A stretch of DNA of 64,000 nucleotides from Candidatus Magasanikbacteria bacterium RIFCSPHIGHO2_02_FULL_48_18. Lineage in GTDB: Bacteria > Patescibacteriota > Patescibacteriia > Magasanikbacterales > UBA922. This document shows positions 30,666 through 39,919 of this stretch, piece after piece. The notes beneath the pieces are model-generated. The model was given only the letters and a program-made list of their open reading frames with translations. It did no database searches and had not been told where the DNA came from. The stretch is from assembly GCA_001784285.1 (NCBI GenBank), contig MFQC01000003.1:144159-208158 (forward strand). The letters are read 5' to 3'. The translations under genes and the position numbers were made by a program. Each line of letters starts with the position of its first letter. The stretch's first letter is position 1.

Positions 30666-31346
30666 ATGGATCAACTTGCAAATATTTTATCCGAAAAAAT
30701 AACGGAATTTGATATACCCGACCGATTCGTTCTCAGCCCTGTCAAAAACCCCCAAATCACCGCGTATCCACCCCGCAATGAATCATTGCCCGCAGGTGAA
30801 CTCCCATCACAAAAAATTCCTGAGACACCAGAATCACACCATATTCATCAGCTCAAAAAAACCATTGACGCGCTCAAGACAGAGCTCGATGCTTTGTTGC
30901 ATATTTTTCAGCATGAATTCCACGTTCCTCTTTCGCGAAACAATCTTGGTCCGGTCCCTCTTGCCGCTCCAGGGACGGTTCTTGAGGGGGTGTTCAACGG
31001 GTACCAGATGATTGCCGCAAACGGCGCATGCTACCCCATCCCCCCAAACTACGCCAGCAAATCAAAATTGGTCGAAGGCGACCTCATGAAGCTGACCATC
31101 ACGAGAAATGGAGGGCTCATGTACAAACAAATTCAACCCATTGAACGCACGCGAATCAGCGGCATTTTGACAAAAGATTCATCCACAAACGACTGGATGG
31201 TCGGGGCCGAACAAAAAATATACCGCGTCCTCACCGCTTCAGTCACATTTTACAAAGGACAAACGGGCGACACAGCCGGTATTTTGGTTCCTCTTGATGG
31301 ACAAAGTGATTGGGCGGCAGTCGACTATATTGTCCATAGCGAATAG
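30666..31346 (+). CDS. Hypothetical 226-aa protein.
   Basis: ORF in an operon-like position after the ATPase. No recognisable motif. Confidence 0.4.
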   Translation: MDQLANILSEKITEFDIPDRFVLSPVKNPQITAYPPRNESLPAGELPSQKIPETPESHHIHQLKKTIDALKTELDALLHIFQHEFHVPLSRNNLGPVPLAAPGTVLEGVFNGYQMIAANGACYPIPPNYASKSKLVEGDLMKLTITRNGGLMYKQIQPIERTRISGILTKDSSTNDWMVGAEQKIYRVLTASVTFYKGQTGDTAGILVPLDGQSDWAAVDYIVHSE

Positions 31347-31359
31347 CCACATACTCCGC

Positions 31360-32988
31360 ATGAAAAAACAACCCTCAAAGCGGTTTTATTTTTTTATCGC
31401 TCTTCTGATTTTTATCGTCGCAGTGGGTATTTTTTCTTTTTGGAACTCCACAATTATTGGGTTCATTGGCGGAGACGACGCATATTATCATGCCACGCAT
31501 AGCGCGCTTATCGCACAATACGACCAACCAAGCTATGTTGGCGCATGGGCGCCGTACCATTTTCTGACCTACGCGCCGGTCAATCCGTATTTTCTTCATC
31601 ATTACCTGAGCTCTTTTGTTATTGACATATTTGGAAAAACAAACGGCATGAAAATAGTCGGCATTATCCAAGCCGCGCTGATTTTTCCTCTTTTTTTTCT
31701 TGTTATCAAAAAAAAGTCCTCCTCCATAGGCCTTCCGCTCATGCTAACTGTCCTGTTTTTCTTTGCGTCGCCGGTCTTATTGGCTCGGCTTTTGCTCCTG
31801 CGCCCTTTTGTATTATCGATGAGTCTCGCCATCCTCTCGTATGTGCTCATGGAAAAAAAACGCTGGGGCCTCCTTTTTTTCTTATCCGCGGCGTATATTC
31901 TTATTTATAATCTCGCGCCCCTCACGATCGGCATTGCGCTGTTGTTTGTCTTGGAAGATTGGCTGAAAAAACGGCCGGTCAGCCTGGCGCCCCTTATTGC
32001 AACAATGGGCGGAATGACACTCGGCCTTCTGCTTCATCCGCAGACACTCAACTATATCAACCTCATCTATACGCACTTCGTCCAAATCTTTTTTCTCAAA
32101 CTCTCCGGCGTTGTTCTGCCGAGCGGGAGAGAAATTCAGCCGCAACGCATCTCGGCGTTTTTCTTCCTCAACATCATACAAATCTGCGCGAGTATTCTCA
32201 CGACGGCATTATACCTCGCATTTCGAAAAAATCTGAAAACAAAAGAGCACCATACCGCCCTTTTTATTCTGGTGATCGGATGGTTTGTCGTTTCTTTTTT
32301 TATTCCGCGAGCGGTCGAATATTGGGTGCCGTTTGTCTGGCTCCTTATCGCCCTTCTTCTCAACGACGCATCCATTCACCGCGAAATACGCGAAATGAAA
32401 CGCGTGCTCTCTCTCAAGCTTTTCCTCCCGATTGTTGAAGGTGCGCTCGCGATCGGGTTGGTCTTTCTGGGAACGGCAAATATGTTCCTTATAAAGGATG
32501 TCATAGACCAACACAATCAAAGCGAGGACACGGCGTCGTATGCGGAAGCGGCCGCATATTTGCAAAGCCACACCCCGGAAGGATCCATCCTTTTTTATCC
32601 CATTTGGTCCATGTTTCCAAAATTATTTTTTTTCAATACCCACAATCGGTACGTCACGGCATTTGACCCCGTTTTTTTATATAAGTACCAGCCCGACCTG
32701 TATTGGATTTGGTACAACATGGTCTATTTCGGGCGCTATTGCGACCAAAAAGACCCATGCACCACGCTTGGAGGAAGACAAAATATTCACGCGATCCATC
32801 TTGCATTCCAATACCTCTTCCATACGGATACGATCGTCGTGCCCAAACACGTGGATGGAAAATCGTTTGCGGATCGGACGCTCTTGGGAAAAATTCTCGA
32901 GGTGCAAAAAGACCAGTATACCAACGTGTACGAAAATGCCGACCTCATTATCTATTCGGTTAATCCCCAAAACAAAAACCGCCCCTAG
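31360..32988 (+). CDS. Polytopic membrane protein, GT-C-fold glycosyltransferase-like (ArnT/PMT-like). The long ORF starts at 31294.
   Basis: At least 12 hydrophobic helices. Conserved acidic motif GGDDAYYHA in the first loop, as in GT39/GT83 enzymes. Large C-terminal soluble domain. Confidence 0.5.
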   Translation: MKKQPSKRFYFFIALLIFIVAVGIFSFWNSTIIGFIGGDDAYYHATHSALIAQYDQPSYVGAWAPYHFLTYAPVNPYFLHHYLSSFVIDIFGKTNGMKIVGIIQAALIFPLFFLVIKKKSSSIGLPLMLTVLFFFASPVLLARLLLLRPFVLSMSLAILSYVLMEKKRWGLLFFLSAAYILIYNLAPLTIGIALLFVLEDWLKKRPVSLAPLIATMGGMTLGLLLHPQTLNYINLIYTHFVQIFFLKLSGVVLPSGREIQPQRISAFFFLNIIQICASILTTALYLAFRKNLKTKEHHTALFILVIGWFVVSFFIPRAVEYWVPFVWLLIALLLNDASIHREIREMKRVLSLKLFLPIVEGALAIGLVFLGTANMFLIKDVIDQHNQSEDTASYAEAAAYLQSHTPEGSILFYPIWSMFPKLFFFNTHNRYVTAFDPVFLYKYQPDLYWIWYNMVYFGRYCDQKDPCTTLGGRQNIHAIHLAFQYLFHTDTIVVPKHVDGKSFADRTLLGKILEVQKDQYTNVYENADLIIYSVNPQNKNRP

Positions 32989-33014
32989 AGGCGGTCCGTG
33001 TTTGGCTGGCTTGT

Positions 33015-33272
33015 TTAGCTCATGTGCGCCGAAACCAATTTGGTCATTTCAAACATGGTGACTTCTTTTTTCCCCCCAAAAAGAGGAAGAAGTTTTTCAT
33101 CAGCGAGAATGTTTCGTTTGTTGCTTGGATTTTGAAGATCGTTCGTCTTGATATAATCCCACAACTTTTTTACCACCTGGCCACGGGGCAGTGGACCTGG
33201 TCCAACAACGGCCTCAAGCTCTGCTGAGAGCGTCAAGGGCTTCAGCAACGCTGGGTTCGCTTTTCTTGGCAT
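33015..33272 (-). CDS. Stand-alone SWIB/MDM2-domain protein.
   Basis: LKPLTLSAELEAVVGPGPLPRGQVVKKLWDYIKTNDLQNPSNKRNILADEKLLPLFG matches the SWIB domain consensus. Confidence 0.7.
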   Translation of the reverse strand: MPRKANPALLKPLTLSAELEAVVGPGPLPRGQVVKKLWDYIKTNDLQNPSNKRNILADEKLLPLFGGKKEVTMFEMTKLVSAHMS

Positions 33273-33424
33273 AAGAGACAAGATTAAAAATGATTTTTGA
33301 TACACGCAATAAGTTATCCACAGTATAGCAGACAAGAGACAAAAAGGCAAGAAGCCAGAAAGGGCACTCTTTACGCAATCCCCTTTTGTCCGTTATACTA
33401 GAGGCCAATTCATTTTCCTCTTCT

Positions 33425-34966
33425 ATGGCATTGTATCATACCTACAGACCGCAGTGTTTTTCCGACATGTCCGGACAGGACCATATTGTCCAGACATTGA
33501 CCAGTCAAATTGGAAGAAAACAGACGGCCCACGCGTATCTGTTTTCGGGTCCTCGCGGCGTTGGGAAAACCACAGCCGCACGCCTTCTTGCAAAAGCGCT
33601 CAACTGCGAAAACAGGCCGGGGGGCGCGAGCGAACCGTGCAATACATGCGCATCGTGCAAAGACATCCGGCACGGCCGGTCCATTGACGTTGTGGAAATC
33701 GACGCGGCGAGCCATACCGGCGTTGATATGGTTCGACAAAATATCATTGAAACCGCGCAGTTCAAACCGGCGAGAGATGCGTATAAAATATTTATTATTG
33801 ACGAAGTCCACATGCTTTCAACGAGCGCGTTCAACGCACTTTTAAAAATTATGGAAGAGCCGCCCACGCATGTGGTTTTTGTCCTCGCCACAACCGAAGC
33901 ATACAAAATTCCGGAAACCGTGCTGTCTCGATGCCAGCGATTTCATTTTTCCAAAATTCCATATGTCGACATGGAAAAAACGCTAAAAAATATCTTGAAA
34001 AAAGAAAACAGAACGATTGACAAAGATGTATTGAACACCATCATACAAAAAAGCGAAGGCTGTCTGCGAGACGCGCTCAGTTTGCTTGATCAATTGCTCT
34101 CAACCGGAGACCAGGCGCTCACCAAAGAGAATACTTCCCTTTTTTTGCCGGCATTTCATGATGAAACCATCCAATCTCTTATCTGTTCTTTTGTCACATG
34201 TGACAGAAAAGCCGGTCTTGACGCGATTGCAACGCTCTCAGGAGAAGACATGGATATGGTTGACGCGTCGGATAGCCTCCTCGCGCATTTTCGATATATG
34301 CTCATGGCATTGATTGACCCCAAACTCAAACAGGCGGACATCCACCTCGATGACCATACGAAGATGGTATTACAATCACTCGCAGAACAAATAACGCAAA
34401 AAGAACTCGTCCAGTTGATGGATCTTATCATACGCCGAAAAAAAGAAATCCGTTCATCCCCAACACCCCAATTACAGCTTGAGCTTGCCCTTGTGGAGTG
34501 GTGCGAACATCATAGCGCCATCCTCCCATCCACCGTATTGCCCCAAAATGAAACGGCTCCCCTTCCTCATCCAACCAAAATGACACAGAATATTTCATCG
34601 GATGATACCCCGCATTCCCGGACAGAAAAAAAAATCCTCTCCCGCGATGTGGTTGAAGGAGAGTGGGGCGCTATTCTCGACACCATGGAAAAAATGAGCC
34701 CATCTCTCGTGTTTATTTTAAAAATGGCGCATCTGAAAGAGATAGACGGTAATACCATTGTGTGCACGGTTGAATATTCGTTTCATAAAGACAAGTTAAT
34801 GGAAACCTCTTCAAAAAAAATGATAGAACATTTTTTTTCTGAAGCGCTCCATGTCCCCGTTCTTATAAATATCCAACTTGCAGAACAAAAACAACCAGAG
34901 GAAAACAATACGCTTCCTCAAGAATTGCAAGGATTGGTTTCGGCATTGGGAGGAGAGATACTGTAG
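33425..34966 (+). CDS. dnaX: DNA polymerase III subunit gamma/tau.
   Basis: YRPQCFSDMSGQDHIV.... Walker A GPRGVGKTT. Zn module CNTCASC. DEVHML. SRC motif. Confidence 0.85.
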   Translation: MALYHTYRPQCFSDMSGQDHIVQTLTSQIGRKQTAHAYLFSGPRGVGKTTAARLLAKALNCENRPGGASEPCNTCASCKDIRHGRSIDVVEIDAASHTGVDMVRQNIIETAQFKPARDAYKIFIIDEVHMLSTSAFNALLKIMEEPPTHVVFVLATTEAYKIPETVLSRCQRFHFSKIPYVDMEKTLKNILKKENRTIDKDVLNTIIQKSEGCLRDALSLLDQLLSTGDQALTKENTSLFLPAFHDETIQSLICSFVTCDRKAGLDAIATLSGEDMDMVDASDSLLAHFRYMLMALIDPKLKQADIHLDDHTKMVLQSLAEQITQKELVQLMDLIIRRKKEIRSSPTPQLQLELALVEWCEHHSAILPSTVLPQNETAPLPHPTKMTQNISSDDTPHSRTEKKILSRDVVEGEWGAILDTMEKMSPSLVFILKMAHLKEIDGNTIVCTVEYSFHKDKLMETSSKKMIEHFFSEALHVPVLINIQLAEQKQPEENNTLPQELQGLVSALGGEIL

Positions 34967-35104
34967 AAAAAAATGTTTTTCGGGATTGACAAAATCTGTC
35001 TTTTTGTCTATCCTTTTTTCAAAAGATCGATCATATCTGCCACGGAACAAGTTATGGCTTGAACATATCTTGTCCCGTGATGGGCTTGAGTCGATTTTAC
35101 GCAA

Positions 35105-35176
35105 TCGGGGATCGTCTAATGGTAGGACAACAGGTTCTGGACCTGTTTATCTTGGTTCGAATCCAGGTCCCCGAGC
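35105..35176 (+). tRNA. tRNA-Gln, anticodon CTG.
   Basis: Acceptor TCGGGGA/TCCCCGA. Anticodon arm ACAGG-TTCTGGA-CCTGT. T-arm CTTGG-TTCGAAT-CCAGG. Ends are +/-1-2 nt. Confidence 0.75.
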
Positions 35177-35209
35177 AATGTGGCATTTATTGATCTCATA
35201 CACCACCCC

Positions 35210-36091
35210 ATGCCAGCACAACGCATTGATGGAAAATTGATTGCCCAAACCATCGAAAAAACCATAGCAACAAAAGTCAAAAGATTGCGGCGCAGAGGAA
35301 TCACACCATCTCTCGCAGTTCTTTTGGTTGGAAAACACAAGGCGTCCGAAACGTACGTGCGAAAAAAAGCTCAGGCGGCAAAACGGGTCGGCATTGATTT
35401 TACCCTCCATCGCCTGCCCGGCAATACATCGAGAAAAAAAATCATTGAGACACTGCGCACCATCCAGAAAGATCCCCGTCTCTCCGGGCTCATCGTTCAG
35501 CTTCCCCTTCCCGAACCGTTATACACCCGGGATGTGCTCAATAGCATTGATCCCACCGTGGATGTTGACTGTCTGAGCGACGAAAATTTTGGCAAATTGG
35601 TCGCAGGGTATCCGCGCGTCACGCCGCCCACGCCCGGCGCGATTTTTGCAATCTTGAAGCATTTGCAGATTTCTTTGAGAGGAAAACAAGTCACCATCGT
35701 CGGTACCGGCCTTTTGGTCGGCCGGCCGCTTGCAACCATGCTTATGAACGCGGAAGCCACAGTGACCACGTGCAATATATATACAAAAAACCTCGCGGAC
35801 GTATCCAAAAAAGCGGACATTCTCATATCCGCTGTTGGAAAAAAAGGATTGATTACCGGCTCAATGGTAAAAAAAGGAGCCATCGTCATTGACGCCGGCG
35901 TTGATTTTGTCAACAATGACCTCTTTGGCGACGTGGATCAAAAAACAGTGATACAAAAAGCATCGTTTCTCACGCCAACGCCGGGAGGGGTCGGCCCGCT
36001 GACGGTTTCTCATCTCTTGTCGAATGTGGTCCTGTGCGCCGAAAGACGATTCTTGCCCACGGCAAAAACATCAAGGAAAAACCTCTATTGA
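35210..36091 (+). CDS. folD: Bifunctional methylenetetrahydrofolate dehydrogenase/cyclohydrolase.
   Basis: IDGKLIA...LAVLLVGKHKASETYVRKK...GLIVQLPLP...VTPPTPGAI...TIVGTGLLVGRPLA...TPGGVGPLT are FolD hallmarks. Confidence 0.85.
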   Translation: MPAQRIDGKLIAQTIEKTIATKVKRLRRRGITPSLAVLLVGKHKASETYVRKKAQAAKRVGIDFTLHRLPGNTSRKKIIETLRTIQKDPRLSGLIVQLPLPEPLYTRDVLNSIDPTVDVDCLSDENFGKLVAGYPRVTPPTPGAIFAILKHLQISLRGKQVTIVGTGLLVGRPLATMLMNAEATVTTCNIYTKNLADVSKKADILISAVGKKGLITGSMVKKGAIVIDAGVDFVNNDLFGDVDQKTVIQKASFLTPTPGGVGPLTVSHLLSNVVLCAERRFLPTAKTSRKNLY

Positions 36092-37056
36092 AGCGGAGCC
36101 ACACGCTCCAACACGGACTCCAACTCAGAAAAATTGTTTACCTGCATGAGACAAGCCCGTATCTCTTTAATGTGCGGGATCTCGCATCCGAGACGCGACG
36201 CCTTAAAATACCACGCAAGGTGTTTCCGAAATGTTATGAGATTTCCTCTTCCGTAGTGTACAAGATGCAGGCGCGCATGTTCACGAATAATCCGCATTTT
36301 CTCCTTGAGATCAACCTGTTGGGCAAGCGGATGTGCCAGAGAAAAAAACCATGGATTCCCGAGCGCGCCCCGGGCAATCAATACTCCATCCGCATGCGTC
36401 TGGTCAAGCGCCTCCCACACCTCGGATGGCTCATGAATATCGCCATTTGCCAACAACGGAACCGTGGCAATTTTTTTTGCTTCTTGAATACGATCCCAAT
36501 CACTCACGCCTGCGTATCCCTGGACTTTGGTTCTGCCATGGAGAGTAATAAGATCCGCGCCCGCCTCTTCAATAATCGGAATGAACGTTCGAAACTCGTC
36601 CGGATCCGACCAGCCGAGACGAATTTTTACCGAAAGAGGTGTCGCCCCGATTGCTCGCTTCACTTCTCGAATAATGCCAGCGGCTCGGCTCGGCTCTTTC
36701 ATAAGAGCACAGCCATTAAAATTGCTGGTAATTTTATATACCGGACATCCCATGTTGATATCAATGCCCTCCGGCCCCGCATGCCGCATCACAATTTCTG
36801 CCGCGTTTGCCATGGTAAGAGGATCAGCGCCGAATAGTTGCTGGACAATGGGCCGCTCGCTCTCGACAAAATCGGTCATCCCCATGGTTTTTGCATTTTC
36901 GCGCACGATGGCTTCACTCGAGACCATTTCTCGAAAGACCACATCTGCCCCGCCAATCATGCGGACAATTTGACAAAACGGCGAATCGGTCATATCCGCC
37001 ATGGGAGAAAGCGCAAAAATAGTTTTTTTCTTGGCAAGAATATCCTGTATCCACAT
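36085..37056 (-). CDS. dus: tRNA-dihydrouridine synthase.
   Basis: LSPMADMTDSPFCQIVR...DINMGCP. TIM-barrel Dus family. 323 aa. Confidence 0.8.
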   Translation of the reverse strand: MWIQDILAKKKTIFALSPMADMTDSPFCQIVRMIGGADVVFREMVSSEAIVRENAKTMGMTDFVESERPIVQQLFGADPLTMANAAEIVMRHAGPEGIDINMGCPVYKITSNFNGCALMKEPSRAAGIIREVKRAIGATPLSVKIRLGWSDPDEFRTFIPIIEEAGADLITLHGRTKVQGYAGVSDWDRIQEAKKIATVPLLANGDIHEPSEVWEALDQTHADGVLIARGALGNPWFFSLAHPLAQQVDLKEKMRIIREHARLHLVHYGRGNLITFRKHLAWYFKASRLGCEIPHIKEIRACLMQVNNFSELESVLERVAPLQ

Positions 37057-37131
37057 AGAAGAATGACTCTATCAAAAACCGAATAAAAAAACAAGACACG
37101 CGGGTGTCTTTTTACGAAAACTCACGCACTA

Positions 37132-38601
37132 TCATCCCAAGTTGGCATCATCAACATACCGCACATCGCCCGAATCGGTCACATATTTTTTCTTCCCTTT
37201 CTCGTCCGGCGTGTTCGGGGATTCGCTTTCCGGCATGGCCGGTTGTGGCGGGGCAGATGTTCCCGGCACTACTGAAGATATATCCAAAGGCAATCCCGCC
37301 GGCGGCTCGACATGCTTGCCCTCTGCTTTTTGGAGAAGCGGTGTTTTGACATGGGACATTGGAAAATGCCAAATAGTTGCAAGTTCTTCAATGTTCAAGA
37401 CAAACGGTTCCTTTCCCCTTTCAATCGCCCGCTCCTGGTACGCATGCATCAAGACAGAGCGGCGATAATTTTTTCGCGCTTCCGCAAACATATACTCGAC
37501 CGACGTCATATATTTTGGCAGAAGCATATTGCAATAGGGCACATTGAATTGATTGAGCGCCCCTGTGATTGAATTGATCGCCTTATTTGGTTTGTAGGCC
37601 TCTTTTTTTGCCACATAAATCATTCGAATTTTTGTTCGAAATCCAATTTTGCTGATCTTGTCTTCCATTGCTTCAACAATTTTTCTCTCTCCCGGCGTGA
37701 GATAGAGAATTTGATTTTTTGGTTCATGCGAATCTTTTGACGCACCGGCATCTTCTCCCGGCCCGGCGCCTCCGCTCAGCTGGGCGTTGATTTCAGCGAA
37801 GCCTTTGCTGATTTCTCTTGTGAGAGTATTATCAAATATCCAAGTTAAAAAACTCTTTCCTGATTCTTTTTTTTCTCCAACCATTTCCTTAATTTTTTCT
37901 ATAGCCTCATCTTTCCAAAGTTTTTCCGCGATCGGCGCAATAATAATCTGAAACCAGACTTGTTCCCCAGGCCCGATACGCGTAAAACTTTCGAGGAGCG
38001 TCCCCATTGGATCCTTCAACACCGTATCTTTGGAAATGCTATGTTCAAAATCGCGGTAGAGCCGCAATGGAAATGCCCAGTGCTTTGTTAAAACATAATC
38101 CGCGGCCCAAATATCGTGCGTATCGTTTGGATATTTGGTTGGAATTCCGGAGACATAATCTTCAACCTCGATAATCTCCGCTTCAGGATATTGGGCGTAC
38201 ACGGCCGCCTCAAGCACATCGCGATATTTTACCCGGACACGAACTAAAAATTGAATGTAGCCTTCAATGCTAATGATTTCAAAGCTATAGAATTCTTCAT
38301 TATACCCCCTTCGAAACATGGTCGTAATGCTCGGCGGCTCCCAAATGCTGAAAATATGCGAAAATAGCTGTTCCACCGCTTTTGGCGTCTGGATATTCAA
38401 GGCAGGAATATCAATCGCCAAAAGGACCCATTCCCAGGTGGAGGTATATTTTTCTCGTTTGTATATTTTTTCAATTTCCAATCCCGCATAAATCAGCAGA
38501 TATGCAACAACCGTCCATCCCCCCAGCATAAGCAAATCCAAAATAACCCGATACAAGGGCTGTAAAAACAGGTTGGATAAAAAAAGGATGGCCGCATCCA
38601 T
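37132..38601 (-). CDS. Membrane protein paralogous to the N-terminal ~370-aa domain of the 28025-30544 ATPase, but with no ATPase domain. It has a low-complexity C-terminal tail.
   Basis: Alignable blocks: QYPEAEIIEVEDY vs QYPYAQIDEMIDY; LTPGERKIVEAMEDKISKIGFRTKIRMIYV vs LSAMEEDMLKGIEEKLSKAGLDMVIRIVSI; EELATIWHFPMSHVKTP...PPAGLP vs EEMASFWHLPLHSTEAP...PPPNLP. Confidence 0.6.
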   Translation of the reverse strand: MDAAILFLSNLFLQPLYRVILDLLMLGGWTVVAYLLIYAGLEIEKIYKREKYTSTWEWVLLAIDIPALNIQTPKAVEQLFSHIFSIWEPPSITTMFRRGYNEEFYSFEIISIEGYIQFLVRVRVKYRDVLEAAVYAQYPEAEIIEVEDYVSGIPTKYPNDTHDIWAADYVLTKHWAFPLRLYRDFEHSISKDTVLKDPMGTLLESFTRIGPGEQVWFQIIIAPIAEKLWKDEAIEKIKEMVGEKKESGKSFLTWIFDNTLTREISKGFAEINAQLSGGAGPGEDAGASKDSHEPKNQILYLTPGERKIVEAMEDKISKIGFRTKIRMIYVAKKEAYKPNKAINSITGALNQFNVPYCNMLLPKYMTSVEYMFAEARKNYRRSVLMHAYQERAIERGKEPFVLNIEELATIWHFPMSHVKTPLLQKAEGKHVEPPAGLPLDISSVVPGTSAPPQPAMPESESPNTPDEKGKKKYVTDSGDVRYVDDANLG

Positions 38602-38603
38602 AC

Positions 38604-38840
38604 CTACACCTCAAGTAACACGTAGATAATGATATAGATAATGATGACGGAAAATCCGGTCCACCACCATCCGCTTCCGGCAGATGCATACCCGACCCAA
38701 TAAGCAAGAAAGGTCACGAGCATGCCGAGAAAAGAAATAAAGTGCCGAACAAATTTTTCATTCATAGAGAGGATCCTTAAGAACTCCGAAAACCAGTATA
38801 TCATGGAACAAAAAAACCCGGAATAGCCGGGTTTTTGCAT
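38604..38840 (-). CDS. Small (53-78 aa) two-TM membrane protein, translationally coupled to the downstream paralog gene.
   Basis: Hydrophobic ...FLGMLVTFLAYWVGYASAGSGWWWTGFSVIIIYIIIYVLL. Its stop overlaps the start of the 37132-38601 gene and it lies 8 nt after the secF stop. Confidence 0.4.
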   Translation of the reverse strand: MQKPGYSGFFCSMIYWFSEFLRILSMNEKFVRHFISFLGMLVTFLAYWVGYASAGSGWWWTGFSVIIIYIIIYVLLEV

Positions 38841-38848
38841 GAATCATA

Positions 38849-39919
38849 TTATATGCTCGGCTGTTTGCGTTTCCGACGGCGTTCTTCTTCCCAGGATACC
38901 AAAATCGGACTGGCAATAAAGATGGAAGAATACGTTCCAAAAAAAATACCAATAATCAACGCAAGCGAAAAATAACGAATGGATTCGCCGCCAAAAAAAT
39001 ACATTGCAACAAGCACCAAGAGCGTGGTAAACGATGTATTGATCGAACGCAGGATGGTTTGGTTCACTCCGCGATTGACCACATCAAGAAAATTACTGCC
39101 GCCGCTTTTTATAAGGTTCTCTCGCACGCGGTCAAACACCACAATCGTGTCATTGACAGAATATCCAAGAATGGTCAACAGTGCAACGATAAAGGGGATA
39201 TCCACCTCAACGCCATACCATTTGCCCAAAAGGGCAAACACACCCATGGTGATAAGCACATCATGCGCGAGCGCAATAACGGCCGCGACGCCGTATTTCC
39301 ATGATTCGACCGGTTTGGATACCCGACGAAATGAATAGGCAATAAACAGCACAATAAGGAGCAGAACGCCAATGCCCGCTTTCCAAGATCGAGAAATCAA
39401 TTCCTGGCTGATCGATGGCCCAATCGTCTCCACCCGCTCCTCGAGCACGCGCTCTACAGGAGCCGTTTGCGCGGTTTCATCCTGTCCTTCTTGAGATACT
39501 GCGCCTTCTTCTCCCGAGAGGGATTCTGCCTCGACAAGAACAGGCTCGCCGTTTTCTCCGGTTGCCTCGAGCAAGAATGACCCGTTCTCAGCATCCTGCG
39601 CGGCCGCTGTTTCAAATGAACTCCGCAACCGAGCCAGAATTTGCTGATGTTCTTCTTCATTGATAAAGCGAGTTCGAAGAATATATCCATCTTCATTGGT
39701 GGGTTGGACCACGACTGACCCAAGACTCAAGTCGGCAAGAGCGGTCTCTACCTTGTCAGGAGACGGCCTTTGTCCGGTAAAACGAACTTCCAGCAATGAC
39801 CCGCCGGTAAAATCAATCCCGGGTTTGAGTCCAAACAGAACAAGAGACACAATACTCCCTAAAACGAGCAGGCCAGATATCATGAAAGAAACATTTCTTT
39901 TTTGAATGATAGAAATCAT
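38849..39919 (-). CDS. secF: Protein-export membrane protein SecF. The start was chosen at the ATG that overlaps the secD stop by 4 nt (ATGA).
   Basis: ISGLLVLGSIVSLVLFGLKPGIDFTGGSLLEVRF... and C-terminal SecD/F TM bundle ...NDTIVVFDRVREN.... Confidence 0.85.
   Translation of the reverse strand: MISIIQKRNVSFMISGLLVLGSIVSLVLFGLKPGIDFTGGSLLEVRFTGQRPSPDKVETALADLSLGSVVVQPTNEDGYILRTRFINEEEHQQILARLRSSFETAAAQDAENGSFLLEATGENGEPVLVEAESLSGEEGAVSQEGQDETAQTAPVERVLEERVETIGPSISQELISRSWKAGIGVLLLIVLFIAYSFRRVSKPVESWKYGVAAVIALAHDVLITMGVFALLGKWYGVEVDIPFIVALLTILGYSVNDTIVVFDRVRENLIKSGGSNFLDVVNRGVNQTILRSINTSFTTLLVLVAMYFFGGESIRYFSLALIIGIFFGTYSSIFIASPILVSWEEERRRKRKQPSI

Noticed and set aside
35116-35410. Two minus-strand ORFs of 74 and 87 aa.
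   Set aside because: They overlap tRNA-Gln and the folD start, so they are spurious.
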